In this document: positions 37,116 to 46,837 of the stretch, piece by piece
How the letters are laid out: the number at the start of each line of letters is the position of its first letter
Position numbering within the stretch: position 1 is the stretch's first letter
DNA from: an uncultured bacterium
GTDB taxonomy: Bacteria; Acidobacteriota; Thermoanaerobaculia; Multivoradales; JAHZIX01
NCBI GenBank assembly: GCA_965368975.1
Contig: CBDUPA010000005.1
Location: forward strand, 128,001 to 192,000
Reading direction: 5' to 3'
Length of the DNA: 64,000 bases
Made by a program: the position numbers and the translations under genes
Notes under the pieces: generated by a model
Databases searched by the model: none
Seen by the model: the letters and a program-made list of their open reading frames with translations, nothing else
What the model was told of the DNA's origin: nothing

Positions 37116-38810
37116 ATGAAATCCCAAGCCTCCCTTGCCGCTACGCTGTTCCTCTTCACGGGGCTACTCACCCTGACCGCGTGCGGTGACTCGCCGAGTG
37201 CCGACCGTCCACCCTCCGAAGGACCGCCGACGGCTCCCGCACCCGTGCCCGAGCCGTCCCTCGACGCATTGTCGGCATCGGTGCAAGAGCAGTTGCGGGA
37301 GCGCCGCGCCTGGTTTCAGCGTACCCTCGGCGACCCCGAGCTGAGTCAGGAACTGCGTGCCGAGGCCTACGGTGAGATCGGTGCCCTGTACGACGCTTAC
37401 AGTCTCAACGCCGCCGCCATCGTCGCCTACCGCAACGCCTGGCGTCTGGCGCCGGACGACTTCCGCTGGCCCTACTACCTCGGCCAGGTACAGCGGGCGG
37501 AGAATCGCCCCGACGAAGCCGCCGACTACTTGCGGCAGGCGCAGCAGCGGGCTCCGGACGACGTACCCACGCGAGTCCGTCTGGGAGAAGTGTTGCTCGA
37601 TCTGAACCTGCCCGAGGAAGCCGCCGAGCATCTGCAGCGTGCCGCGGAACTGGACCCCAACAACACGCCCGCTCACTTCAACCTCGGCCAGATCGCGCTC
37701 AGCGCCGGCAATGCGGCTGAAGCCGTCGAGCACTTCCGCAAGGTCCTGGCTGCCGATCCACAGGCCACGGCCGTCCACTACCCACTCGGGCTGGCCCTGC
37801 GACAGCAAGGCGATACCGAGGCCGCCGAGCGTCACCTGCAGCAGCGCGGCGACGGTGAACCCAAGCTGTCCGATCCGCTGCAACAACGTCTGTGGCAGCT
37901 GAGCGAGGGGCAGCAGCGCTTCCAAGCGATGGGAGAGCAAGCCGTGAGTGAGCAGAACTGGCAGGCCGCCGCTGAGGCTTTCGGCCAGGCGACGTTGCTC
38001 GATCCGCTCTACGTACGCCCGCGTCTGCGCCTGGTGGTCAGTCTGCTGCAACTCGGCCAGCCAGCGGCCGCGCACGGGCAACTGGAATCGATTCTGCGCA
38101 TCGATCCGGCGCAGCCTGTGGCGCACGCCCAGCTAGCCTTCCTGCTGGTGCGTGCCGGGGATCTGGAAGGCGCGCTCACGCACTACCAGGCGGCCACATC
38201 CTCTGACCCTGAGAACGTCCCGTACCGGCTCAGCTATGCTCACCTGCTGCGCGACTTCGGCCGCACACAGGAGGCCTTCCAGCAGTATCAAGAGGTCATT
38301 CAGCGCGCGGCCATCGAGACTCCGGAGCATGCCGATGCCCGCCGCAATGCAGTCGTGTGCCGGATCGCGCAGGGTGATGATGCCGGCGCTCGGCAACTGG
38401 TGCAGCAAAGCCTCGAGCTGCTGCCCGACGATCACGAACTGGCCCACATCTACGCCCGCCTGCTGGCGACTTCGAGTGACCCCACCGTGCGCGACCCTGA
38501 AGTTGCCCTGCGACTGGCCTCCGCCGTCGTGCAGCAGGCTGCCGGCCCCCAGCGCGCCGAAACCCTGGCCATGGCGCTGGCCGCCAGCGGGCGCTTCGGC
38601 GAAGCCGCCGAACTGCAGCAGCGCCTGCTCGACGCCACCACGGACGTCGAAGGCGCCGCTGCCGTGCGGCAGCGCCTGCAAGGCAACCTCGACCGCTACC
38701 GTCAAGACGAAACTGCCCTCGATCCATGGGGGCGTTCGACCCCGTCTACATCCACGAGCCCGTCCGCCCCGGGTACTCCTTCCGCCCCGACCGCAGGAGC
38801 CGATTCATGA
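37116..38810 (+). CDS. TPR lipoprotein
   Basis: Lipobox LTAC; many TPRs; C-terminal ARLLAT..DP.VRD...AL helical module. Confidence 0.85.
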   Translation: MKSQASLAATLFLFTGLLTLTACGDSPSADRPPSEGPPTAPAPVPEPSLDALSASVQEQLRERRAWFQRTLGDPELSQELRAEAYGEIGALYDAYSLNAAAIVAYRNAWRLAPDDFRWPYYLGQVQRAENRPDEAADYLRQAQQRAPDDVPTRVRLGEVLLDLNLPEEAAEHLQRAAELDPNNTPAHFNLGQIALSAGNAAEAVEHFRKVLAADPQATAVHYPLGLALRQQGDTEAAERHLQQRGDGEPKLSDPLQQRLWQLSEGQQRFQAMGEQAVSEQNWQAAAEAFGQATLLDPLYVRPRLRLVVSLLQLGQPAAAHGQLESILRIDPAQPVAHAQLAFLLVRAGDLEGALTHYQAATSSDPENVPYRLSYAHLLRDFGRTQEAFQQYQEVIQRAAIETPEHADARRNAVVCRIAQGDDAGARQLVQQSLELLPDDHELAHIYARLLATSSDPTVRDPEVALRLASAVVQQAAGPQRAETLAMALAASGRFGEAAELQQRLLDATTDVEGAAAVRQRLQGNLDRYRQDETALDPWGRSTPSTSTSPSAPGTPSAPTAGADS

Positions 38811-39199
38811 GCACCAAGAAGACCATTGCCATTGTGGGAGCGTCCCGGATGCGCAACAAGTTCGGCAACAAATGCGTGCGCGCCTACCAGGCCGCCGGCT
38901 GGGACGTCTTTCCGATCAACCTCAACCCCAACGAGGGCGAGATCGAAGGTGTGCAGCCCCTGACCTCCGTGACCAAGGTCCCTGTTGATCTGGGCCGGAT
39001 CAGTGTCTACCTACCGCCACCCCTGACCCTCGAGCTGCTGCCCGAGATTGCCCAGAAGGGTGCCGAGGAACTGTGGCTCAACCCCGGCACTCACGACGAT
39101 GCCGTCTTGACCAAGGCCAAGGAACTGGGCCTCAACGCGATCCCCGCTTGCAGCATCGTCGACATTGGCTACTCGCCGTCGCAGTTCCCGGATGCATGA
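38807..39199 (+). CDS. CoA-binding protein (YccU-like)
   Basis: IAIVGAS...KFG, FPIN, WLNPG. AGGAG RBS. Confidence 0.9.
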   Translation: MSTKKTIAIVGASRMRNKFGNKCVRAYQAAGWDVFPINLNPNEGEIEGVQPLTSVTKVPVDLGRISVYLPPPLTLELLPEIAQKGAEELWLNPGTHDDAVLTKAKELGLNAIPACSIVDIGYSPSQFPDA

Positions 39200-39285
39200 C
39201 GAGAAGGGCTGAAAAATCTGAATAAATGGCCATGTATACTGAATGAAGCTCGTTTGAACTTACTTTGATTTGAGGCGGAGATCCC

Positions 39286-40161
39286 GTGACCCAAGCCACC
39301 GTAACGTCCGTAGCGAAGCCACCGATACCCACCCAAGATCAGCGCGAGCGCTGGAACGAAACCGCGGTCGCCTGGCACCGCTGGTACAAGGTTTTGGACC
39401 ACGGCAGCCGCGCCTGTACCGACCGCATGCTGCACTTGGCGCAGCTCGAAGCCGGCCACCAGGTACTCGACATCGCCACCGGCACCGGCGAGCCCGCGAT
39501 CAGTGCTGCTCGCCGTGTCGCTCCTGGAGGCCGCGTCGTCGCCATCGACGCCTCCGAGCGCATGCTCGACTTCGCCCGCCTGCGCGCCGCTGAACGGCAG
39601 ACCAACAACATCGTCTTTCGCTGTGCCGATGCCGGCAGCCTGGTCGACGACGCCAAGCCCATCTTCGACGCTGTCCTGAGCCGCTTCGGACTCATGCTGC
39701 TGCCCGACATCCCCACCACCCTGCAGCGCCTGCGCGGTGTCCTGCGCCCCGGCGGCCGCCTCGTCGCCGCCGTCTGGGACGTACCGCAACGCGTCCCCAT
39801 GATCTCCCTCTCCGCCCGCGTCGCCCGTCGCTTCGCCGATTTCCCCAACCCCGGCCCCACCGAACCAGGTGCCTTTCGGCTGTCGGATCGCGAAGAATTC
39901 AAGAGCCTGCTCGAAGCCGCCGGCTTCCAGGACGTCCAGCTCGAAGGCATCGACGTCATCTCCGAAGTCGCCGAGCCAAGGGACTACGCACGGTATCAGC
40001 TGGACATCAGCAGCACCTTGCGCGCTTTGATGGCCGAGCAGCCGGAGCTAGAGAGCGAAGTCGTACGGGCGCTGGAACGCGCGGCGCGTCACTTCGTCGA
40101 CGAAGACGGCCGCGTACGGATGGCGAACCGGGCGGTGGTAGCGTCAGCGACCGTTGGATGA
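39286..40161 (+). CDS. Class I SAM-dependent methyltransferase
   Basis: VLDIATGTGEP, FDAVLSRFGLM, LRPGGRL. AT-rich upstream region. Confidence 0.9.
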   Translation: MTQATVTSVAKPPIPTQDQRERWNETAVAWHRWYKVLDHGSRACTDRMLHLAQLEAGHQVLDIATGTGEPAISAARRVAPGGRVVAIDASERMLDFARLRAAERQTNNIVFRCADAGSLVDDAKPIFDAVLSRFGLMLLPDIPTTLQRLRGVLRPGGRLVAAVWDVPQRVPMISLSARVARRFADFPNPGPTEPGAFRLSDREEFKSLLEAAGFQDVQLEGIDVISEVAEPRDYARYQLDISSTLRALMAEQPELESEVVRALERAARHFVDEDGRVRMANRAVVASATVG

Positions 40162-40214
40162 TAGTGCTCAGTTGAGTAAGCCGGCTTATCGAGCGCGTTG
40201 CAGCCACGCCTGGG

Positions 40215-43205
40215 TCAGGGCTTTGGATGGACGAGTTCGGCTTGCCAGATGCCAGGGCTGAGCAGTGGGAGATCGACCTCGCCTCCCCAGTCGACCCTAG
40301 GCGTAAGGCCCAAGAAGCCGAGAAGTGGCTGTACCGAGACCCCATTCGGGGTTTTCAGGTGAACAGACTTGCCGATCGCAGTTGGGGCGGGAAAGCGAAT
40401 GTTCGCAGGCTCAGCTTCGTCCAGATAGATCACTGCAGTGCTCGAGTCGGTCGAGCCGAGGTGAGTCGTCTGGCCTTCATAGAGGCCACCGGCATGAGCT
40501 GCCAACACGTAGTATCTCCCTGGCTGCAGGCCACGAAAGTAGGCCCAGCCATCGGCGTCCGTGGTCTGAATCACGTGGACTCGCTCGCCGTTGCTGGCTA
40601 GCACAGCGGCTCCGTCGGCTGCACTTCCGGTTGTCGAGATGATGCGCACCGCTAGCTCCCGTGGTGGCTGCTGCCGAAGCTCGAGTTCCGTGTAGTACGT
40701 GGAGCCTTTGACATCAATCGACTCCTCGCCAGTCAAGGCTGTCGAGCCCGTCCGCATGGTGCCCGACAGTCGATACTGTCCCGGAGGGACCTTAGGCAGT
40801 ATGAAGGTGCCGTCGACTGCACTTGCCCCCGCTCGCAGGTCGATACCCTGGAGTTCCGGCGACATCGAGCGTAGCTGCATCCATGCTCCCGAGACTGGTT
40901 CACCCGTTGCCGTCACTACCTTGCCCTGGACCGGGCTTCCAGAGAAGTTGAGTTCGAGCCGCTGTCCGGCCAGGGGTGCGGAGGCTAGTGGTGGCAAGAC
41001 CTGCCGGAGTTCGAGGCCGTCCGCGGTCGTGAAGGTCGCCAGTATTTGCCCTGGTGGTAAGTATCCCTCAGCTGCAAAGCTGCCTTCCGATGTTACCTGG
41101 GCCACTATGCTGGGCTGCAGGTCGTTGACCAACTGCTGCCCACGGTTCGATCTCTGGATGAAGACTGGCGGGGGGTTGAAGGTTCCGGATGTTGGGGGAG
41201 TCAGGACGAGGAGGCCGGCTTGCACTGGAACGCCTTCCAGTTTCACGCTTCCTTGGACGTGCTGCAGGGCGAGGATCAGGTCATCGAGCTGCTGCTGTTC
41301 GACGGCTTCGATGGTGACGGGCTGGACAGCCTGGATGACACCGTGACTTCGAGCCACTACCAGGTATTCACCTGGGGCAACGTCAGTGAATTCAGCTATG
41401 CCATCGTCTCCGGTTGTCTCAGTGAGTCGCACGCAGGGTTGATGGAGCGATCCCGCGCGGAGTTCTACCTCCGCACCTGGTCTGTCGCGCGTCGCCAGGT
41501 CGACGACTCGCACAGTCACTTGTGTCCGTGAGCTGGCCGCGATGACTCCTAGTTCGCGCCGCTCATCCGGTTCGAGCTGTTCGAGGATCAGTGGCCACGG
41601 TGTGAACTCCGGGTGTCGTACTTCCAGGCATTGTGTTCCTGGATCGAGGCCACTCAGGTAGAAGTTGCCCTGGGCATCCGTCTCAACTGAGGTCTGCCAG
41701 CCGAAGTGACGAGCTGTCAGACCGCCCCACTGTGCGGGCCGGACGGAGCTGAGCGTGGCTCCCGCAACTGGCTCGCCTGTATCGGGGTGGAGCAGGGTTC
41801 CTTGCACACTGACACCAGGGTCCAAGTAGAGCGTACCCAGGTCTGTTGGCTCAGTGTCTGTCGCCACGAATTCGAGGTTCGACTTGCGATAGCCGTTGGA
41901 ATCGATCTCGATTCGAGTCGAGGTTCCCGGTGGTATCGCGGTGGCGAAAGAACCGTTGGTTCTCTCCAGATTCAGTATGCGGTGCTGGCCGCTGGCACGC
42001 AGCGTCAGTCTGGCACTCTCGATAGGGGCGCCTGTCGTCAGGTCGGCGAGTCGAAAGCGCAGGTTCGTGTCCGTGGAGGCGGTCCGATCTTCAGGCACTG
42101 CAAGGGTGACTTGGAACAACTGCTGCCAGGTGATCCGTCCCTGAGCATCGCGGTTGCGAACAAAGATCCAGACCTTACCCTCGGGCCCGTTGAGCATTGT
42201 CAGATGTGCCAGGCGGTCGAGCGTGCCGGTCGGAGGTTGCAGCTCTAGGAGTAGATCATTGGCCATCTTCTGGCCATTCGTGTCGAACAGGTCGAGCAGA
42301 AATTTCACTTGCTCGCCATCCCAGCGCCGGAAGACGAGTCCTACATGTTCTTGCCAGCGCAGCAACCCCTGAAACCAGTCGAAGCGATCTCTCAGAGTCA
42401 GGGGTGCTTCCGGGCTTCGGTTTTGAAACTGCAGGCGCTCATCTGCGACATTGAAATTGGGGAAGCTCTCTCCGTCTTCCAAGTACGAGACTTCCTGCAC
42501 TTGGCTGGTGTCGGTGGCTTCGATGTCGATGATAGAGAGGTGAGGCCGCGCTTCGGTCACTACGAAGATCTTGCGCTTGTCGGCTGAAACCGCCAAGTCT
42601 CCGCTGGGCAGGATCCGCCCAGTGGGCGAGTCGAAGACTGGATCACAAACGAGGGGTACTTCCGTCGGTTCGGCAGCTTCGAGATCGACCACGGAGAGCC
42701 GACAGTCAGCGCGGGCGTGCTGTCGTCGCCACGAGATGTCTTCCCACCGCCGAGGCGCTTCTGCTGGTGGAATCACCGGTGTTCCAATCCTGAAAAGCCT
42801 GTTCCCCACGAGCTCTATTGGCCATGGATCGTAAAAGCGATCAGGGATGTCGGCAGCCGGGCGTAGCTGGCGATCGAAGAACTCTAGCCGGGGAGGTTGC
42901 CGCCGGACGAACAGCAAGCCGGGGCCGGTAGCTCTCAAGTGCATTGGACGGCTGAAGCCTTCGGCGTCTCGCAAGCTGTCCAACTGTTCCAAATCACCCT
43001 GCCAGGGTGCAAGGAATGCAACTCCCGACTGCGAGATGACGACGAGTCCCCGGTTGCCCGGGTGCAAAGCGACAGAGAAGACTGGCCGAGGCTCGCCAGC
43101 TTCGTCGACCAGTGCTGGCAACGGAACCGGCATTGTCTCGATCTGTGGCGAGGCAGTAGTGGCCTCAGTTGTGGCCAGGATAAGCAGAACTAGAAGCCTA
43201 GCCAT
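40215..43205 (-). CDS. Secreted protein with an N-terminal propeller-like domain and carboxypeptidase-regulatory-like (CnaB/transthyretin-like) repeats
   Basis: Signal MARLLVLLILA; GFSRPMHL and DLAVSAD segments; repeats such as TGEPVAGA, TDAQGNF, LDPG, VAPGEY, TDADGWAYFRGLQPGRY. Confidence 0.7.
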   Translation of the reverse strand: MARLLVLLILATTEATTASPQIETMPVPLPALVDEAGEPRPVFSVALHPGNRGLVVISQSGVAFLAPWQGDLEQLDSLRDAEGFSRPMHLRATGPGLLFVRRQPPRLEFFDRQLRPAADIPDRFYDPWPIELVGNRLFRIGTPVIPPAEAPRRWEDISWRRQHARADCRLSVVDLEAAEPTEVPLVCDPVFDSPTGRILPSGDLAVSADKRKIFVVTEARPHLSIIDIEATDTSQVQEVSYLEDGESFPNFNVADERLQFQNRSPEAPLTLRDRFDWFQGLLRWQEHVGLVFRRWDGEQVKFLLDLFDTNGQKMANDLLLELQPPTGTLDRLAHLTMLNGPEGKVWIFVRNRDAQGRITWQQLFQVTLAVPEDRTASTDTNLRFRLADLTTGAPIESARLTLRASGQHRILNLERTNGSFATAIPPGTSTRIEIDSNGYRKSNLEFVATDTEPTDLGTLYLDPGVSVQGTLLHPDTGEPVAGATLSSVRPAQWGGLTARHFGWQTSVETDAQGNFYLSGLDPGTQCLEVRHPEFTPWPLILEQLEPDERRELGVIAASSRTQVTVRVVDLATRDRPGAEVELRAGSLHQPCVRLTETTGDDGIAEFTDVAPGEYLVVARSHGVIQAVQPVTIEAVEQQQLDDLILALQHVQGSVKLEGVPVQAGLLVLTPPTSGTFNPPPVFIQRSNRGQQLVNDLQPSIVAQVTSEGSFAAEGYLPPGQILATFTTADGLELRQVLPPLASAPLAGQRLELNFSGSPVQGKVVTATGEPVSGAWMQLRSMSPELQGIDLRAGASAVDGTFILPKVPPGQYRLSGTMRTGSTALTGEESIDVKGSTYYTELELRQQPPRELAVRIISTTGSAADGAAVLASNGERVHVIQTTDADGWAYFRGLQPGRYYVLAAHAGGLYEGQTTHLGSTDSSTAVIYLDEAEPANIRFPAPTAIGKSVHLKTPNGVSVQPLLGFLGLTPRVDWGGEVDLPLLSPGIWQAELVHPKP

Positions 43206-43207
43206 CC

Positions 43208-43444
43208 TCAAGGAGGCGGCTCCTGTTCCCAAGGACGCCCAGCGTCAATCTCGTCGAAGCACAAGATGCAGACCTGCCCGCCGCCCGTGCTGAGGGAACA
43301 CCGCCATTCCCAATACGTCCAGTCCCAGACCAGGATCCCCTCGTAGCAACCCTGTTCAGCGGGAGTCGGTTCCGGGATCAGTGCCATACCTGTTGCTAGC
43401 AGGAAGGCTATGGCCAGGATAAGTGCGACCCTTCTCTTGCGCAT
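43208..43444 (-). CDS. Small secreted 4-Cys, Trp-rich peptide (78 aa)
   Basis: GGAG RBS and TATGAT -10 upstream; signal MRKRRVALILAIAFLLATGMA; core CYEGILVWDWTYWEWRCSLSTGGGQVCILC. Confidence 0.72.
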   Translation of the reverse strand: MRKRRVALILAIAFLLATGMALIPEPTPAEQGCYEGILVWDWTYWEWRCSLSTGGGQVCILCFDEIDAGRPWEQEPPP

Positions 43445-43537
43445 GTCAGTAGCTCCGTGTCTGCATGAATAGGTCTCTGAATCATACAGCGTTTCGCAGT
43501 CGAGGAAGAAGTTCGAGAGCAGGTCTGTTTGGAAGTC

Positions 43538-45496
43538 TCAGCTCCCTTCCAACGCTGCCAGCAGCCCGCCCTTGGTCAGCAACTCCCCGAACACGTAAGG
43601 CTCGGCATCGGGACGGTAGAGGAGGTAGAAGGGAATCCCAGACCGGCCGTGGTCTTCCAGGAAGACGCGGATTTCTTCGTTGTAGTTGGTCCAGTCGGCC
43701 TTCATCGGCACCACGCCGTGACGCTCGAAGGCGGCGGCGATCTCGTCGGTTTCGATCACCGTCTTTTCATTCCACTTGCAGGTCAGGCACCAATCGGCGG
43801 TCACGTCGACGAAGACGGTTTGCCCCTGCTCGGCGAGGGCTTCGGCTTGCACGCGGTCGAAGGTGTTCCAGGCAATCAGGCCGCCTTGATCGGGGCCGCA
43901 TTCCTGCGCCACGTTGGCGCTGGCGGTGGCGGCGAGGAAGATGGTGACGACGATCGAGGCGAGGGTGCCGGCAGAGCTGGTGAAGCGCAGGCTGGGCAAG
44001 GCGCTCTTGTGGCGTAGCCAGACGAAAAGGGCGAGACCGAGCAGAGCGAGCTGGATAAAGGCGATGCGGGTGGCCGACAGCTGGCCGGCGAGGACGAAGA
44101 ACAGCCAGACCGTGGTGGCGGCGAGGAGGAAGCCCATGACGCCTTTGAGTGTGTCCATCCAGGCGCCCGGCTTGGGCAGCCAGCCGGCGGCGCTGGGGAA
44201 GGTTGCCAGCAGCAGGAAGGGGAGGGCCATGCCGACGCCGATAGCGGTGAAGACGGCGAAGATGACACCGCCGGGCTGGGTCAGGCCGAAGGTCACGGCG
44301 GTGCCCAGGAACGGAGCCGAGCAGGGGGTGGCCATCAGGGTGGCGAAGAGACCCGAGGCGAAGTGGCCACTGAAGCCCTGAGCCGGACCACCGGGGGCGA
44401 GGCGGTTGGCCAAGCGTGCGGGCAGTGGGATCTCGAACAGGCCCCACAGGTTGAGGCTGAAGAGCATGACGACGACCGCCAGGAAGGCGACGAAGCCAGG
44501 TTCCTGGAACTGCACACCCCAGCCGACGGCCTGGCCGGCGCCGCGGGCCACGAGGGCCGCCAGGGCCAGCGTCCAGAAGGAGAAGAGGATGCCGGCGGCG
44601 GTCGCCAGGCTGGCGGTGATGACCTCACGGCGGCTGCCGCTGCTCTTGACCATGCCGAAGACCTTGAGACTGATCACGGGCAGCACGCAGGGCATGGCGT
44701 TGAGGATCAAGCCGCCGACGATGCCGAGGAGCAGCATGGTGCCGAGCTGCTGCAAGTTCCAGCCGGCGCTGGTCTCGTCCGCCGTGGCGGCGGTTTCGGA
44801 GGCCATCGTGCTTGACGCGCCCAGGGTCGCGGTATCGGGCGGTTCCTCTCCCTGAGGCGGGCCGGACGGATCGACCGGGTAGAGTTCCGGCGGCACCACC
44901 ATGCTTTCCATGAAGTATTCGAGATTGGCGGGCTCACCCTCGGTGCCGATGCTCACCTCGACCTCGGCGTTGGAGGTTACCGGCGGCAGGCAGGAGTTGT
45001 CGTCGCACGCCTGGTAGCGGATGGCGGCGCGCAGTACGTAGTCGCCGGGGACCGCGTCGGCAAGAAGATCGGCACTAGCGAGCAGGCGCACGGTACCTTC
45101 ATAGACCGAGATCGGCTCCTCGACGAAGGCGAACTTGCGCATCACGCCGGGCGGGTAGGTGACGGTCATCGTCGGCCAGTCCTGCGGCACCTCGATCTCG
45201 GCGGTCGTCGGGATCAGGTATTCAATGCTGGGCTCGTGGCTGTTGGTATGCCAGTGGTCCTCGATGCGCATCACGGCAGCCAGACGCACCGTCGTGCCGG
45301 GCGCGTAGGACGTGCGGTCGGCCACCAATTCGATCTTGGCCTTCTCCGGCCGTCGACGCTGGGCTTCGACATCGGGCGGCGCGAACAGGCCTCCGAGCAA
45401 AGCGGTGATCAGCGCCAGGACGCACAGGGAGCTGCCGGCGCGTGAGCAGTAGGAAGAGGTAGAAGGGCAAGCGCTTTGGATCATCATGGCTCTCAC
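43538..45496 (-). CDS. dsbD: Protein-disulfide reductase DsbD
   Basis: YQACDDNSCLPP, LNAMPCVLP, ATPCSAPFLG, TADWCLTCK. Exact start uncertain. Confidence 0.92.
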   Translation of the reverse strand: MRAMMIQSACPSTSSYCSRAGSSLCVLALITALLGGLFAPPDVEAQRRRPEKAKIELVADRTSYAPGTTVRLAAVMRIEDHWHTNSHEPSIEYLIPTTAEIEVPQDWPTMTVTYPPGVMRKFAFVEEPISVYEGTVRLLASADLLADAVPGDYVLRAAIRYQACDDNSCLPPVTSNAEVEVSIGTEGEPANLEYFMESMVVPPELYPVDPSGPPQGEEPPDTATLGASSTMASETAATADETSAGWNLQQLGTMLLLGIVGGLILNAMPCVLPVISLKVFGMVKSSGSRREVITASLATAAGILFSFWTLALAALVARGAGQAVGWGVQFQEPGFVAFLAVVVMLFSLNLWGLFEIPLPARLANRLAPGGPAQGFSGHFASGLFATLMATPCSAPFLGTAVTFGLTQPGGVIFAVFTAIGVGMALPFLLLATFPSAAGWLPKPGAWMDTLKGVMGFLLAATTVWLFFVLAGQLSATRIAFIQLALLGLALFVWLRHKSALPSLRFTSSAGTLASIVVTIFLAATASANVAQECGPDQGGLIAWNTFDRVQAEALAEQGQTVFVDVTADWCLTCKWNEKTVIETDEIAAAFERHGVVPMKADWTNYNEEIRVFLEDHGRSGIPFYLLYRPDAEPYVFGELLTKGGLLAALEGS

Positions 45497-45557
45497 GGGC
45501 TATCGAGTTCAGGCGAGTCAGGCGATGGTCGGCATGGCGCGAGGTGGCGACGCCACA

Positions 45558-46514
45558 TCAGGAGCAATCGGCACGGCCTTGCTCCAAGGCGCGCAGGCTA
45601 TCGCGGGCCTGACGGCGATGGGGGCTCTGCGGGTAGGTGCGCAGGAAAGTCTCGAGCGCCAAGCGGGCGGCGGTGCAGTCCTGGCGGTCATGGGCGATCT
45701 GGATGCGGAGGAGGTCGACGGCTTGCAGCAGCTCGGAGTTGTCGTCGCTGCTAGCTTGACGGTGACCGCGTTCGAGAGTTGCGATGGCAGCTTCGAAGTC
45801 CCCGGCCAACCGCTGGGCGTCGGACAGCATCAGCTGTAGCCAAGCGGGGTCGAGTTCGGTCTCGGTCTTGTCGCTGAGCGTCAAGAGGCGTTGGTAGACC
45901 TCCGCGGCACCGCCGCCGTCACGCAGCTCGTGCAGCTCGCGCGCGAGTTGAAGCAGCACGCGTGGGTCGTCGCTCTCGGCCTGCCAGGCACGCCGTTCCT
46001 GCGCCTGCTCCCAGCGCCGCAACTGAGCTTTCAGCATGCCGACGTAGGCCGGCGCCTGGACGTAGCCCTCGACGCGCCCCATCTCGACCAGCTGCGGGCT
46101 GAGCAGCAGGGCGGTAGGCAGCGAGTAGGTACGGTAGCGCGCCTGGATCTCGGCGCCGTCGTCCGAATCGGTGTTCAGCCGCAGCAGCACGAAGCGCTGC
46201 GCGTAGTCGGTGAACACCGGATGCGGGAAGACGTCGCGTTCCAGGCGCTTGCACCAACCACACCAGTCGGCCCACAGGTCGACGAAAATGGGTTTACCAC
46301 TCGCCTGGGCGTCCGCCTGTGCGGCGTCGAGATCTTCGAACCACACCTGTTCGTCGCTCGCGCTGGAAGCTTGTGCAGCGGCTCCCATGCCTGGAGTGCC
46401 TAATGCTGGGGTGCCCACTGCCACGAAGGGTGTGGCAGCAGAGGGCATGGCGAACACGACGGCGCAGGCGGCTGTCAGCACGAGGGGAAGAGGCAGGCGG
46501 GGTAGACACGGCAT
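45558..46514 (-). CDS. Secreted thioredoxin-family protein with C-terminal TPR
   Basis: WADWCGWCK, signal peptide, TPR-like tail. Confidence 0.88.
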   Translation of the reverse strand: MPCLPRLPLPLVLTAACAVVFAMPSAATPFVAVGTPALGTPGMGAAAQASSASDEQVWFEDLDAAQADAQASGKPIFVDLWADWCGWCKRLERDVFPHPVFTDYAQRFVLLRLNTDSDDGAEIQARYRTYSLPTALLLSPQLVEMGRVEGYVQAPAYVGMLKAQLRRWEQAQERRAWQAESDDPRVLLQLARELHELRDGGGAAEVYQRLLTLSDKTETELDPAWLQLMLSDAQRLAGDFEAAIATLERGHRQASSDDNSELLQAVDLLRIQIAHDRQDCTAARLALETFLRTYPQSPHRRQARDSLRALEQGRADCS

Positions 46515-46837
46515 GGTCGAGTTGGCTCCGGTGTTCAAGGGTCGAGTTCCGGTGGAAAAGCGCCGTTGAGGCGTCGGGCAGCCTATCATGAGGGAACCTC
46601 GAACCTTGGGTCATTCATTCCGTGTCACCGGTGAAGGTCGCGGGGCAGTGCGGGTCGTTTCGACGATACCCGGAGGTGGGCAAGGATGTCCTCTTTAGGG
46701 GACGCGTGCAGCGCGAAAGGTGGCGCGGTGCGTGTTTTTCGCTCCTGGGTAGAACGGTACGCATCTTGCTTGGTATAAGGATAGCGAACGTTTCCTTGTA
46801 TCTCGACTTCCTTGGGCAGAGTCCTCTCTGGAGGGAT

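Noticed and set aside
43290-43340. WDW/WEW motifs as a darobactin/triceptide-type RiPP core
   Set aside because: No radical SAM or other RiPP maturase is in the window, and the peptide has a Sec signal and paired Cys rather than a leader.
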